A stretch of 64,000 bases of DNA. Origin: Entomortierella parvispora E1425 (Eukaryota > Fungi > Mortierellomycota). The stretch is taken from NCBI GenBank assembly GCA_020891255.1, contig BQFW01000014.1, positions 930,001 to 994,000 of the forward strand, read 5' to 3'. A program made the translations under genes and the position numbers. The notes under the pieces are model-generated. The model did not search any database, was not told the origin of the DNA, and worked only from the letters and a program-made list of their open reading frames with translations. Within the stretch, counting starts at the first letter, position 1, and each line of letters begins with the position of its first letter. This document shows, one piece after another, positions 24,574 to 38,872 of this stretch.

Positions 24574-25719
24574 CGTTACTCCAACATGGACAAGAGAGAG
24601 CGAGGAGAGCGAAGAGAGAAAAACGTGGAACGGCAGCCCGTTTCTTTTTCTGGAGCGGAACAAACAATAAAAACACACAATAACAACTGATTGAGAAGAG
24701 AGTCGATCCCCTGTTCCCAGTTTCTCCACTCCGCACCCGATCATTGGCCAGCAGTTGCTTTTTATCGCTGACTGCTCTCGTCAGGTGCGGAGGGCCTGTT
24801 CCTCTGCTCCTCCCGGGGAGATTAAAAGCATCGAAATGAGAGCAGAAATGGAGTCAAAGCTCAGCGAGCGATCCAACCGCTGCAAGGTTCACAAACACAA
24901 GACGACAAGAAACGTCAGCCTCAACAGAACTGTACGCTTCCCTGACAGCCCCTGTTGTTTGCTCTTTGTTCGCTGTCATGTTGTTCTTCCCTTTGGGGAG
25001 GAAGAGAGGGGGAGGAGGGAAATCATGTTCGAAAAGCACCGCACCGCACATCGCAGCGTTGTTTCAATCTCCCGCTCTCGCCCCCCTGCTGTTGGTCCAC
25101 GTCCCACGACGCACGACGCACACGCTCCCCCTCTTTTCTTTTCGCTTCTCGTCTTCGTTGTTCTTTTCTCTCTTCTCTCTTCCCTTCCCTTCCTTCCTCC
25201 CCCCTTTTTTCGCTGTTCCATCTTGCTCTTTTTGTTTCCCTCCACTTCATCATTTTCCCTCCTTCCTTGACCCTCCGCCCCAGATCTCATTGCTCTCGCT
25301 CGCATCTTGATCATCATCGTCATCATCATCATCTGATCTGTGGTCGCGACATCCTCCTCCCCAAATCTCCAGTTCAAGGTACACATTCCATCCATCCTCC
25401 ATGCAGTATCTCATCTGCCATCAACATCAACCCTTTATTGGATCCCGTGCTCCCACAAGACCACCCCTTGCACTCTATGGACGTCTGTTGTCTTGTGTTT
25501 TCAGCTCTTTTTTCTTTTCTCCGTGCCCCTGTCACGCAGTCCAAAGACACAAAGACACACAAACACCACACAGACAATCCAGCCCACACTTTCTCTTGTC
25601 CTCACCACTCGTTCCTCCCCCTGTTGCCGTTGGTCGGAACTGATCGAACGATGACCGTAATTGCATATCAGCAAATTGTCCAAGCGCGCTTTGTTGTGGT
25701 TGTTCTGTTTCTGTCCCGT

Positions 25720-25753
<34 letters not shown>

Positions 25754-25904
25754 GATTCTGTCTTTTGATTCATCCCCTCGTGCACCGATTGATTGAGTGA
25801 TCCATCCATTATTGGATTAAACTGATTAAACTGATTAGTGTTTCTCCCATCCGGCTGTTTTATTTCCTTCTGCATTTAGACACACCTCAGTAGGATCCAT
25901 TTAA

Positions 25905-28817
25905 ATGTCTGGAATCTACAACCATCGCCCTATGGTGCCCGGCCGTAGTGCTGGCGTGCCCGAGTGGCTCGACCTCATCAAGCAAGAGTTTGACAGCCTC
26001 AGCCATGAGGCCATGGTTGCCAAAGCCCAGCGGGACGAGTGTGAGCACAAGAGTACGTTACCGGACAATGCCAGGATTGAGCCTTTGAATGATTGACTGG
26101 ACGGGGGCCAGGATCAAGGAATTGGCTTTCGGAACAAGTGTGATTAGACTCCACTCTTTCACCGATCAAGTTGTATTAATGGCGATGATTTTTTTTGCAT
26201 CGTTCTTCTCCTGAGCAGTTAATAGCCAAATCCAGGAAATGGACGCTTTCAAAAGAGCCCTCCATGATCTTGAAAGAAAGCACGACGCCATGAAGACACA
26301 ATACCAAATGTAAAGACGCCGCAGATCGTATATCCAATGTCATCAGGTATTGATCACTCGCATTTCCAGTCTCTCTAACCACTCTCCTCGTTGCATGTCC
26401 TTAGTTATGAAGAGGAGGTTGGAAGGTTACGCCGGGAGGTGGAGCAGCGTGGCGGTGTTGTTCAACCCCCTCATCAAATGTCTCATAACCAAGGACCCCC
26501 TCCCAACATTGGACAGGGTCATTCCAATTTGTTCGGCGGTATTATCAGCGGCGGCCCTGGCGGTCCAGGATTGGCGGCTCCTCCTCAGATGATGGACCCA
26601 TCCCAGCCACCCCACCAGCAACAACAACAGCTCGCTCAGCAGCAGCAGATGCAGCAGGCTCAACACCACCAACAACAGCAACATCATCACATGTCCCAGC
26701 AGCAGCAACAGCACCCATATGGCGGACCTGGAGGCCCTGCCCCACACTCTCCCTATATGAACGGCAACAACGGCACTCCTCCACTACAGGGACAGCCCCA
26801 TTCAAAGCGCTTTAAAACGGAGGGCGACAGTGGACCTCGTTTCAAGACTGAGAATGGCGAGCCCATTCCTCAGGGAGGCTCTGGACACATGTATGGAAAC
26901 ATGTCACCAAGTCAACACGGTCATATGAATGGACAGGGACAAGGTCCTCCAGGAATGAGCCCCTCCTACAACTCACCTGTGCCAGGACAAGGCTCGAAGC
27001 AGGGTGCGAAGCCAGGAAAGGTAAGAAGAGTCATGCGAAATGGTGATTTAACGAGCTCATCTGGTCACGCTCGGTTACTTACGCACAGTTTGACATGTTA
27101 GACCGGATATGTTCCTGCCAAAGAAGAGGCGCACAACTCACCCACGTCTAACAAGCGCAAGCCTGCACCCGTCGCAACTACACCCACCACTGCAGCACGG
27201 ACAGTTCGAGGCGGCAACTCTTCTTCTAACTGGAGTGACGATCCCGACAGTGTCCCCCCACAAATGAAGCGCGAGGGAACAGATTGGTTTGCCATGTAGG
27301 TTTGGTCTTCATTGTTAACTAAGCCATGTTGCAAGCCAAGACAAAAGCAACTGTTACTCATTCAAACCGTGACATTTTCCCCGCTCATAGCTCTAATCCC
27401 AAGGTGCCACAGCAGTTGAAGGTTGATCTGGTCCACACTCTTGATCACTCAAGGTAAAGCATTAATTTGAACGATTCAGTATCGATAAGCCAAGTCTTTA
27501 TTTCAAAAACTCACTCTTTTTTTTTTACCCTATATTTTAGTGTGGTCTGCTGTGTTCGTTTCAGCGCCGATGGTAGATACCTTGCCACTGGATGCAATCG
27601 TAGTGCTCGTATTTTTGATATTCATACAGGCCAGAACGTGTGGTAGGTTATTGCTTGATGTCATGCATGCTCTAGTGCGAGCTCGTCTTTAATATCATGT
27701 GTTGATATCATCCTCTTTGAAACTAGCGTTCTTGCTGATGACACGGCTGGAAAGGAAGACTTGTATATTCGATCCGTCTGCTTCAGTCCGGATGGCAAAT
27801 ATCTCGCGACAGGTGCCGAAGACAAGCAAATTAGAGTAAGAGGAGCGATTTGATTTGATTCGATAGAAGTGGAACCACGATCATGAGGATCTGCTACTAA
27901 CACAAATGAATTGATTGGGTAGATTTGGGAGATTGGTCGCAAAAAGATTCGTAATGTTTTGAAGGGTCACGAACAGGATATCTACTCCTTGGACTTTTCA
28001 AGGGACGGCGCCATTATTGTTTCTGGATCTGGAGATCAAACTACTCGCGTGTGGGATATGGAGACAGGAAAATGCTTGCATGTTCTCTCTGTTGGAGACC
28101 CATCTCAGAAGGATGCCGGTGTCACTTCGGTCGCTATCTCACCCGATGGTCGCCTTGTTGCTGCAGGATCATTGGATACAATGGTCCGCGTGTGGGACAC
28201 CCACAGTGGTCAGCTCCTTGAAAAGCTTGCAGGACACGACGAGTCTGTGTACAGTGTGGCGTTTGCCCCTGATGGCAAGACCCTTGTTTCTGGAAGTTTG
28301 GACAAGACCCTGAAGTCATGGGAGCTTAACTTTAGCGGACGTGGCGGCCCCAACGGTGCTTCCAAGGGAACTGTTTGCAAATCCACCTTTAGAGGTCACA
28401 AGGTAAATGTCAACATCCAATCCTTACCCGGATTACAAGAGCGACTCGTACACAATCTAGACCTCTATGCTCATCATCACTCTCTTTTTCTTTTTGATAT
28501 TTCTTTCAGGACTTTGTTCTCTCCGTTGCCATTTCACCGGACGGCAAATGGGTTGTGTCTGGATCCAAGGATCGTGGAGTTCAGTTCTGGGACCCCAACA
28601 CCACTGCCGTGCAGTTTATGTTGCAAGGACATAAGAATTCTGGTAGGTGAACGTCGCCAACATTGTAATGTCCATGAACCACCTCTGATGACAGCAGCTG
28701 ACCTTTATATATTCCTCAAACTCGATTGTAGTTATCTCTGTTGCACTAAGCCCTGTAGGAAAGTACTTTGCCACTGGCTCTGGCGACACGCGCGCAAGAG
28801 TGTGGAGCTACGAATAG
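25905..28817 (+). CDS. TUP1: General transcriptional corepressor Tup1, multi-exon
   Basis: N-terminal [11 protein letters not shown]...[11 protein letters not shown], then WD40 repeats [57 protein letters not shown], ending [15 protein letters not shown]. Confidence 0.95.
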
Positions 28818-29819
28818 AGTGGATGACAGTTGACCATAAATTTGAAATAAAAAAAACGAAGACCAGACCCGAACCCTGTCCCAAGGGCATTTACACCCTT
28901 AAGGCTCTCTCCCTCAACTGAAAAATTTCCAGTACGTTTTCACTGAATCTCTCATTCACTTCGTACGCATTCGACCACAGACAAGGCACGACCATTGGCC
29001 ACTTGCCTCGCTGCCTCCGCTTCCTCTCTCTCTTTGCCTTGGTGCACCCGTGGGACCATACTCATTGCCGCCACTGAGGATCAGCCCAGGTAAAAACCGG
29101 CCGGTTACTGAATGTCTCCCCACTGAAGCTTTGGCCAAATCCGCGACAATGCTGCCCCGAATGTCGAGATCGGAGAGGAGCCCTGACTCTTTGCCACCGA
29201 TTTTCTTCGTTACGCCTTTGGATGTGGCGGTAGAGAGACTGAAGGCGATTGTGTGAAGGATCAGAACGATATGTCGATACTGCGTCATACAGACCATAGT
29301 TATCGATGGTGTCCTTGTCTCTGGGACATATGCACCCTGTATTTTACTTTTTTTTTTTTGGCTGTCATTAGTACTGACGATCATGTTTTTTGCTGCCGAT
29401 ACATTACCAGTCTAGATATTATCTCTCAAGTTGGCCAGATAAAGGATTCTTTTAGCCCTCCTCATCCACATTTGAGGGACCAGAATCCAGGACTGTAGGC
29501 GCTAGCTTCTTGCTTCGAATTCGCGCTTTTCGACGAGTCTTTTCGTCGGATCTGGAGTAACGACTTTTCCCTTCCTTCAAGGATCTTCGCGCCTCTAACC
29601 ACTGTGCACGCGAAATTTGAACCGATTTTGTTTCTTTTTGCGCCTACCGCTTGAGGTAATGAAGGGAAATGAAAAAGAAGGCAACTGAGGATTCTTAAAG
29701 GATTGGGTCTAAATGAAACTCGCCAAATTTCCTCTTTGAAATTAGGCGTCGTTGATCTTTTTTTTTTTTCGCTTCCTGTCGATAAAAAAATTCCCTCCCG
29801 TACTTCCGCACGCACCGTA

Positions 29820-32800
29820 ATGACATCTAGTCCAAACGCGGGAGCAATTGCTCCAGTGCATGGCCAACCTCAGACGCAGGTCTTGACGCAAACTTCGTCC
29901 ACAAATCTTTCTCAGACGATGCTTCATCTTCCACATCAAACCCAGCATCAGCATCAGCATCAGCATTCTCAAGTATTAGCTGGACAAGGGTCACAATCTT
30001 TGAACGCCGTTGCGGGCAGCGGTGGGGCGACCGATATTCAGGGAACGGATGGCTCGATCAGTGGCGACGGCGTTCAGTCACTTCCTAATGGAGCCTATAG
30101 TCTCGATGTTGGACATCTTACGGGCGTGCCTTCGACCACCAGCCATCTATTGCAGCAGCAGCAACAACATCAACAGCAGCAGCAGCAGCAACAGCAACAG
30201 CAACAGGGTCAACAGCAGCTCCTAGCCCTACAGCAGCAGCAACAGCATCACCATCACGGCTTACATGAACTCCAGGAGCACCACCAGCAAGATGAGTCTA
30301 CGGGCGGAAGCAGAACTGACCTCATCTCGAATCATCCTCGGCCACCTCAGGAGGAGCCGATCGTACCTCCAAATCAAGACCAAGAATTTGAGACGCTTGA
30401 GGCGGCTCAAGAATCAGCAGAGCGATACGCCAGGAGCGTTAACACGGTGGTTATTGTTAAACGCACGACAAAGGACAAGAACGGCAATATTGTTCAGGTG
30501 CGGACCAAATTGGATGGATCTTTGGGTTCATTTCTTTGTTGACGGTCGACAGAGTGAACTGACATCATATTGCAATTTTTATGTCCATCAACACTAATAG
30601 AAAGATCTAGCTTGCGAGAGACAAGGATCCTATGTCACATCCGGAAAGAAGGGCCCACAGGTCAATGCACGAACAAAGCGGTGTGGTTGTCCGTGGATGA
30701 TCTCTGTCGGATTCTCTAAAAGGCGGGGTAACAGGGATGGAAAACGAGGTCGATACACAAAGGTTGTACTGGAGCACAATCATCCTCTTGAACCAATCCC
30801 TGCCGAACTACCTCCAAGGAAACAACCCCATGTGAGAGCGAAGACTGCGGCTGCGGCGGCTGCCATGGCTGCAGCTGGTATTGGGGCTACCTCAGGAGAT
30901 GCATCGAAACTGGACACTGGAGCACAAATGTCGTCTGCGCGAGCCATGGCTCCTGAGTCGTCTGGGACCGTTTCAAAATCGAAGAATCCACGCAGAGTCA
31001 ACGCAAAGTCAGCCAGCAGCATCAATGGCAGCAGTAGCAACAATCCACCGAGTGAGATTCCTGTAACAGATGTGACCCCATCATCTTCAGCGACATCCAG
31101 GTCAGATATGGACTTCGAAGTGTCTCGGTACAGCAATCCCGGAACGCTACTTACTGACAGTCAGGCGGCAGCTGCCGTGGCATCGAATGCTTTGTCGGGA
31201 CTGGAGTCATTATCAAGTGAAGTCATGTCTGCGCTTGGAGGAGGCGGTGGAGGGGCAGGATCTGGAAGTCATGTGGAACCTCCAGTTTCTTGGGATGATC
31301 TCAAAATGCGTATGAGCCAGATACCCTGGGATCTCCAGGCAAAGGTCATGAGAGGTCTTATGGACGTCTTGCAGGTGACTCAGCAAACGTTCCAGGTGCC
31401 GCCGATCCCAGGTAGCCGAAGTGCGGATGCCGAAGCTAACGCAGCCGCGACTGCAGCTGCCATAGCTGATGTCGTGGGCAGTTTGCCGCCAAACTACAAT
31501 CCCCATCCTGTTGCAAGCCAAACTCAACCACAACAGGAACAGCAACCTCACCTTAGACAACAGGTACAGCCCCAGGGCTCCCATCCGCCACTACAGGCTC
31601 AAAGTCTGAGACACCCCAATCGACATGCCTACGTATCAAGTGCAGTGCCAGTGGAGGATCTACGTAGTGGAATGTCAAATGCAGCAGCGACGTCGGAACT
31701 TTTACAATTACAGCGAGCTGAAGCGGCAGACATGCGCGGAGCAAGAATGGGTAACGGTAGCGGCGGTCATAGCCGACAGCATTCTCAAAGCAATTCTCAC
31801 AGAGGTCTTGGAGACGAACAGACTTCGAGCGCCGCCATGATTCCTCAGTCATCGCTACAATCGACATCGGCTATCCCCACAGCTGTGCCGACTCTTCCAT
31901 CGACGACAGAGAACTCTGTAGGCCCGTCTTCTTCTACGGTATCTTCGATTCCCTTGGTTACCACGAGTGCACCGCTCTTGACTCCTATGCCTGTCCTTCA
32001 CAACGTTCATATGGACTCGGCACCTCTTCAGACTACGCTTGATACAACCCAACAGCAGCTCCAGAACAATTTGCTCCAACAACAGCAGAGACAGCACGCT
32101 CGACAGATCAACAGTATTACGACAACTAATCATCAACGGTCGCTGAGCTCGTCCTCAGTCGTAGGCTCATCAGCGCCAGGCGCACCATCGACACTGAGTC
32201 TCCCCCCCGATAACTCCAGTTTGATTGCACACTCTCGGAACAGTAGCAACAACAGCCATCGGGGTAGCTTGGAGTCCTCACCCATGATGATGCAACAGGC
32301 TCTAGCAGATGTGGCCAGCAGGATTCACGCTCAGGTCCAGCTGCAGGCACAGGTGGATGCGGACACGGAGGCGGTTGTGACAGCAGCGCTAAACATGAAC
32401 CCACTTCCTCAAAACAACAACGGCAGCAGTAATAACAATACAGCAGTTCCAGAAATGGTCGGTAGTTCTGAATCGACTACACCCGTATCGACCAGTCATG
32501 CATCTGGAGCCAGTACTGCCAATGCGACACCGTCACCCATTCCTATGAATATTTTGGACGATGCCACGATGCGTGGTCTGGATCTGGAGTCCTATACTCA
32601 ACAACTACAACAGTTGCATCAGCAGCAGCAACGGCTACAGATACTACGACAGCAGCAGCAGCAACTTCAACAGCAGCAGCAGCAACAGACACAGCAACTA
32701 CAGCAGCAGAACTCGCAATTACAGCAACAGAACTCGCAACTTCAGCAGCAGCCGCAACAACAGCAACAACAGCAGCAGCCAGATCTGCTCCATACCCATC

Positions 32801-32874
32801 CCTTGAACAGCAATGACGATAGGCACGGGATTGACTTGACAGGAGAGCCGGCCAGGAAACGAGTCAAGTCATAG
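29820..32874 (+). CDS. Transcription factor with FAR1-type (WRKY-GCM1 superfamily) DNA-binding domain and Q-rich regions. Intron 30498-30600 (approximate)
   Basis: FETLEAAQESAERYA...LACERQG...TKRCGCPWMI...VLEHNHPL shows the C..CxC..HNH pattern of FAR1/MULE zinc fingers. No DDE domain is visible. Confidence 0.75.
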
Positions 32875-33297
32875 TGGCCCACTGTACCAAATAAACCGAA
32901 CCTTTTGTAGATCCAGAATACTGTTTTGTTGGTCCACAGTGCCTCGAGCGCATGCTCGTGGCACGAATGGGCCGATGCAGCCAATAAGCCGCACACAGCA
33001 CAGAGAAGCATCGGCGGCCACCCAAATGTACTGCCGCCGCTGCTTCATTTCCTAGTGCTCACAAGTGTCTGACTTATTTTGTCCTTTCCCTCCATTCTTC
33101 CTTTGCATCTACCCATCCATCCATCCATCCATCCATATTCATCCTTCGCTCTCGTCATCCCCGCGCCCTACAAACCACATCTCTACCTCTCTCTTTCTTT
33201 GCACCAACAACCCAACCCCTTCACTCTGACTGCCCTCGGTAGGAGGTCGCGATACTTTTCTTTAGCAGTTTGACACCAAAGAACCCCATCCCTCCCC

Positions 33298-36200
33298 ATG
33301 CAGTCCATTCACGAGAACCCGAGGACCCCGCCCGGCTATGCTCCTGCAGCCCCGTCTGCACCAACGACAACGCGCCGCAGGAAGACTGACCAAGGCGCAG
33401 TATGTTACCGTTTCCTTGTCTCGAGCGTGTGCCTGAACTTGCGCAACCGAGACAATGGCCATTCTCATCTCGCGTTCAGGTCTTGTCTAGTCCAACGGCT
33501 CATTCATTGTCTCCTTTTTTTTTTTTTTTTTTTTGGTCTTCAATGCTCTCTTTGTCTCTCTTCTAGATGAATCCAATCGAGGCAACAGTGACAAAGTTGC
33601 TGGTGGCTACAAAGCAGCTTTTGGAAGGTCTGACGCTCTGGTCAAACCGAAAGATGACCGAGGAGCAGGTCTCCGATATCTTTGTCCAGCTCGCCACTCA
33701 ATTCAACCTGGCCAGCCAATCCTTTCATGAAGTGGGCATTGACACGAGGTAATATGCAGATAACTGCCTCGCACTTGCCCATGACGCACAGTGCTTGCGC
33801 CAAGGATGTACCCATCATTCCCCAAATAGGACCGACCGAAAACTAACACCGCGAGGGGTTCGCCACTCTTTTTTTTTCCTCTTTCTCTCTCTCTTCTCTC
33901 CCTTTGTTTTGGAAAACAGTGAGCTGGCCCACATCCCCGATGACCTGCGGAGCTGTCTGGAAACTGCATTGGGCGAGGATCCCTCCCCCGCGTCATTAGA
34001 CCAGTATCTGCCGAGGATCAAGGAGGTCATCATTAACCTTCTGCAGGGGCTGCGACAGAAGCAGAACGTGTACAGGGAACAGTACGAGGCAAGAACAGCG
34101 CGAATGCAGGGAGCTTCTTCACCTTCGACCGCAAGAGTCAGGACGAGTATGTCGGGCGGACGACATCCGAGTCTGAGCAAACCCACTGAATCAAATGCAG
34201 CGGATAGCAACACGGTCGTGGATCATGGCAAAGGGGCCACGCAACTGAATGGTGCTGGAACCCCGTTCCCGGTCAAGATGGTGCCTGCGTTCGCTTCCAT
34301 GCCCCCACCAACGTTTTCAGTGTCAACACCACACGATGAACCCCTTCATGCAGAGACACTGGCCTCGCTCCGCAAGAGCGATGCTATTACAAGGCGTGCG
34401 TCATCTCGTCGCCATTCACAACGATTCTCGACCTTATTGGAACAAAATGCACCTCCAGTTCCTCGGCGCCATCCTGTTTCCGACTCGAACTTGTTAATGA
34501 CTTACCCGGGTTACAACAGCTCCCAGCCGCCAACGCCAGCCACGAGTTCGGGTGCCGTCCCAGCATACGGTCAGTTCCAACCTGGGATGCCCTACGACAA
34601 TATCCCCGTCAGTCCTGCTCTCTCGACTGGCAGCAGCGGCAGTTACATGGAAGCCATGCCCCTCCCTCCAAGCCTACCTGTACCTCCACTACCCAGTGCA
34701 GCTGATAAAGGACCAGCTACGACTATGGTACCGCCAGCGGGCGGTGCTTCAACGCCAACGATACCCACCGACACTCCAACTACAGAGCCTGCTTCCAATA
34801 CTGCCACTGATGCTGTCGAGCATGAGCCCAATGCAACAGCCGCCGTTACAGGAAGAGGCCCCAATGATGCTACTGAAGTTTTGTTTCATGCACCTTTGGA
34901 TCCTGCAGGCAAGTATAGAGAGAAAAAGAGTGTATGTGGTCACTAGGATCATGAAGATGAAGATTCCGATCTAACGCTGGCGCCATTTTTTCTTGGCCTG
35001 TGGTACAGTAGTTGTGGAACCGGTCGAGACCAGTTTGACCCTTTTTTTGCAGGTTGGAAAGAGCGTTAAGAAGACAAAGTTTGAAGGAGAATTGACGCAT
35101 TCTGGACTTCGGATGCTCTTCATGGAAAAATTTCAATACAACCCTGGACAAGACGACTTTCCAACCATCTATGTCAAAGACCCTCACACCAACATTCACT
35201 ACGAACTGGAGTCCTTGGCAGATGTCCAACAAAACGCATTCCTGTCCTTGAATGTTGATGGTATGTGCACAAGTTATCGCCCTGGCCATCACTCGCTCAC
35301 TTTTGATCCCATGGCTAATCAAACTTGTCAAAACCAACTCTTTGATAGATTTGGAAAACATTCAACGAAAGATGGATCAAGGATTTGCAGCTCTGAGTAA
35401 GGAGCTTCATGATATCAAGAAGGCTCAGGAGGCACAAGAGCAGGCTCGCCAGAAGGCCGCGAATAGTGTGCCTGAAAGAGCGGCCACGAACTCTGAGGGA
35501 ACTCAGATGTTGAGATCAGTGGTTCAAAAGGTTATGATCAAGAATAAGACTCTGCCGGCATTGTCCATGAATACCTCACCTTCCCCTCAGAGCAAGGTCT
35601 CTGCTGCCGAATTGAAGTCCCAGTACGATGAAATCCAGACACTGAGACGGGATCTGGGCGTGATGCGACAATTGTACACTGAACTTCAAACAGAGACCAA
35701 ATCAATGCTGGGTAGTCTACAAGGCTACACGAGCCAGATCCGTAAGCAGGCATTGGAGGCACCAGTGTCAGCACGTCTGTTTATTGAGAACGGCAAGGTG
35801 CAGCTGGACAAGAAATCCGAAGATCTGACCAACAAGATTGAGGACTTGCAAGACGTGGTCGAGGACATGAAGACGAACGTCACCCAACGACGAGGACGGC
35901 CAAGTGACAGTTCGATCGTGTTTGTGGACAAGCAATGCGAGGTAATTGGAGCCGAGATTTCTGAGCTGTCTGACTATATTCAGACTTTGCGACCTTCCTG
36001 GAAGAAGACATGGGAGGTGGAGCTGCAGACGATTGTGAAGGAGCAAATGTTTTTGAAAGAGCAAGAAGGTCTGCTTGAGGATCTGAAGGAGGACCGAAGC
36101 TCGCTGCTGCAGACGCTTGGCAACCTCAAGAAACTGATGGAACTTCAGCTCAAGAACGGTGGACTGGGATCCAAGCCCAAGGACTACTTCTTTGCCCCTG

Positions 36201-36601
36201 TGGTGGATGACAGTTTTGAGGGTCTGAAGACGGTGATGGAGGAAGTCAAGCTGATCTCTCCCGACTCGGACAAGAGACTAAAGGCGATGGCACAGATGGA
36301 GAAGCTGCGTCACATTGAGTTATCCAACCGGATCGACGAGTTTGAGGAGGAGCTGACAACGTTTGTTGGAGCGAGCAAGCTGCGAAAGACAGGAGGAGCA
36401 CTCGAAGCTGAACGTCAAAGACAACAACGCGACTCTGAAAACTTGAAGGCGATGTTTGCGGCCAAGAACGCATCCACAGCCTCGCCCCCTGCCATTGTCG
36501 AATCGGGCGCTGTCGAGACGATCCTAGAAGAAGAAGAAGAAATGACCAACGAGGCCAACCTAGAGGCGTCAGAGGAAATCCACGGTCCTGTTGAGCCGTA
36601 A
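33298..36601 (+). CDS. BUD6: Actin-interacting polarity protein Bud6/Aip3, multi-exon
   Basis: IEATVTKLLVATKQLLEGLTLWS, LFLQVGKSVKK, LRMLFMEKFQY, and the core helical domain ending WKKTWEVELQTIVKEQMFL. The first exon (33298-33399) is inferred from a GTATGT donor. Confidence 0.9.
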
Positions 36602-36964
36602 AAAAGCCTGGGTAAAAAATAAATAATTATTATTATTAGACTATAATAATTCAAAAAATTAATCGGGATGTCTACGTCACGGTACATCCCTGACGCGCGT
36701 ACTGACATGACGCGTCTTGGGCGGGTGCGTATGGCGTGCGAGGGGAGAAAGGAGCAAAGTGGACGTAACGCGCATCTCGCCATTCATTGCATTCACTTCC
36801 TGAAGACACACTCACGACTGGGCGACTCTTTTTTGCTTTCATCTCCCTCTCCTGCTGCTGGAAACCGACCCTTCTCCATCGCTTCCTCCCTCTCTTTCAT
36901 TCATTTCTCTCCATCCTTACTTTTCTTCGCTCTTTACTTTCCTCTTTAAAACCAAACATTCATC

Positions 36965-38578
36965 ATGAGCTCTATCGGAACAGGGGTAAATGCTCCCTGC
37001 ATGGCACTTTTTAACCCTCCACCTGCAAAGAGTGACATTGACAACAAACTGATGGGCGTAAATCTCTTTTTTCGATAAACCTTTTTTTAGTATGACGTGT
37101 CTGTATCGACCTACTCGCCTGACGGTCGCGTATTCCAGGTCGAATACGCCGGCAAAGCAGTCGAGAACAGTGGGTATGTTCTCTTTTGATACAAGGATCT
37201 GGTCAAGGGACTTTATCCGGATGTCTGTTTTATACCGTCTTTTCTGCTTTCTTGTTTGTCAAGAGACGTAAAGAAGAGGGCCTTGATTCAAGCAATGGAG
37301 TTGAAACTGACAAGATTGCCAACGTTTTTATTTGTGATCCAATCTGTAGCACTGCCATTGGTATTCGCGTCAAGGACGGCGTTGTCTTGGCTGTTGAAAA
37401 GTTGATCCAGTCCAAGCTTCTTGTTCCCGGCGCTAACCGTCGCATCCAAAACGTTGACCGCCACATTGGAATTGTAAGGACCAGGAGACAGTGAAAAGGA
37501 TTTTGAAGCAGGATTTTATATTTTTTTTTTTTGCTTTGTCATGGAGATCAGGACGAGAACTCTAGGACTGACTGTTGTCTTGGGTGTTTTTTTCCTATTT
37601 TTATTGGGATTTGTAGGCTACCGCTGGATTGTTGGCAGATGGTCGCCATATTGTGAAGCGTGCTCGCGAGGAGGCTCAGAGCTGGAGAGACGTTTACAGA
37701 CAACCAATTGATGGACAGGTAACAAAGGATTTCAATGGCACTTTGACCGTATGAATCGATGAATAGCAAGAGAGGCAGTAACTGAGTACTGTCACCATTG
37801 TTCCTGTCCACACTTTACAGAACATTGCTAGCCGTGTTGGTGACTATGTCGCAGCCTATACTTTATATTCGAGCGTTCGTCCATTCGGAAGCAGCACAAT
37901 CATTGCTACAGTGGATACCACAGGACCTAAGCTTTACATGGTCGAGCCCTCAGGATTGTACTGGGTATGGACCCTTTTTTTTTCTCCTTTTGTCTCGTAC
38001 TTTCTGTTTATTCTCGGCGCAGCGAGCAGATGCGCGTTATTGTCCTACTCAGATAGGGATAAACTAACATCGGTTGATGAACATTGGTCAATCTAAATAG
38101 GGTTACCATGGAACTGCCATTGGAAAGGGTCGTCAGGTGGCAAAGACTGAGATCGAGAAGTTGAAGCTCGACGAGATGACATGTCGCCAGGCTGTGAACG
38201 AGGCTGCCCGCATGTAAGAACAAGTGCACATAGAAATCTCTGTATGGCTCTGAAATTTTCATTGGGAGAGGAAAGACATTCATATTTCCTTTCTTTCATA
38301 ATAGTATCTACAACGTCCACGACGATGCCAAGGACAAGGAGTTTGAGCTAGAGTTGAGCTGGATCTGCCCAGAGTCAAAAAATCTTCACCAGTTTGTCCC
38401 CAAGGAGATTGCCGAGGAAGCCGAGAGACTCGCCAAGGTAAATATCAGGAAAACGATAACACTGAGGAACTGAGGATAAGTGTTGAAGAATTGTGCCATT
38501 TCGATTGCGCTAACCACTTTTTTGTTACCTTGTACTTTCTTGCAGGCTTCTTTGACAGAGGATATGGATGATGATTAA
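36965..38578 (+). CDS. PRE10: 20S proteasome subunit alpha-7 (PSMA3), multi-exon
   Basis: [79 protein letters not shown]. Confidence 0.96.
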
Positions 38579-38872
38579 AGGACAAGCGATCAAGGATCTG
38601 AAAGCTCAACCTAAAAGAATATTACCAGTTGAAAACAAGTGAATACAAACCCATTCAAAAATATGTAGAGGCTACCCATGCTGCGAGTTGCAAGTGAGGA
38701 GGTGAGGAAGTAGGCGTGTTGGATGTCTTTGAGCTGTTCTCGCGTTTGTGTCTGAGAAGGTCAGTTTCTGTCCTGAAAATGGACCGCCCAAGATTTGGTG
38801 GCTTGTGCGACCACATAAATTTGGATTCCTGTGGGAGCGAATTGAAACCTCCTTTTCTACACTCTAGCCATC

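Noticed and set aside
26300-26404. Possible non-canonical (AT-start or U12) intron in TUP1 at KTQ|YEEE
   Set aside because: The AT site lacks the ATATCC consensus. A canonical GTAAAG donor at 26310 gives an in-frame KTQYQIYEEE with a U2-type CTAAC branch.
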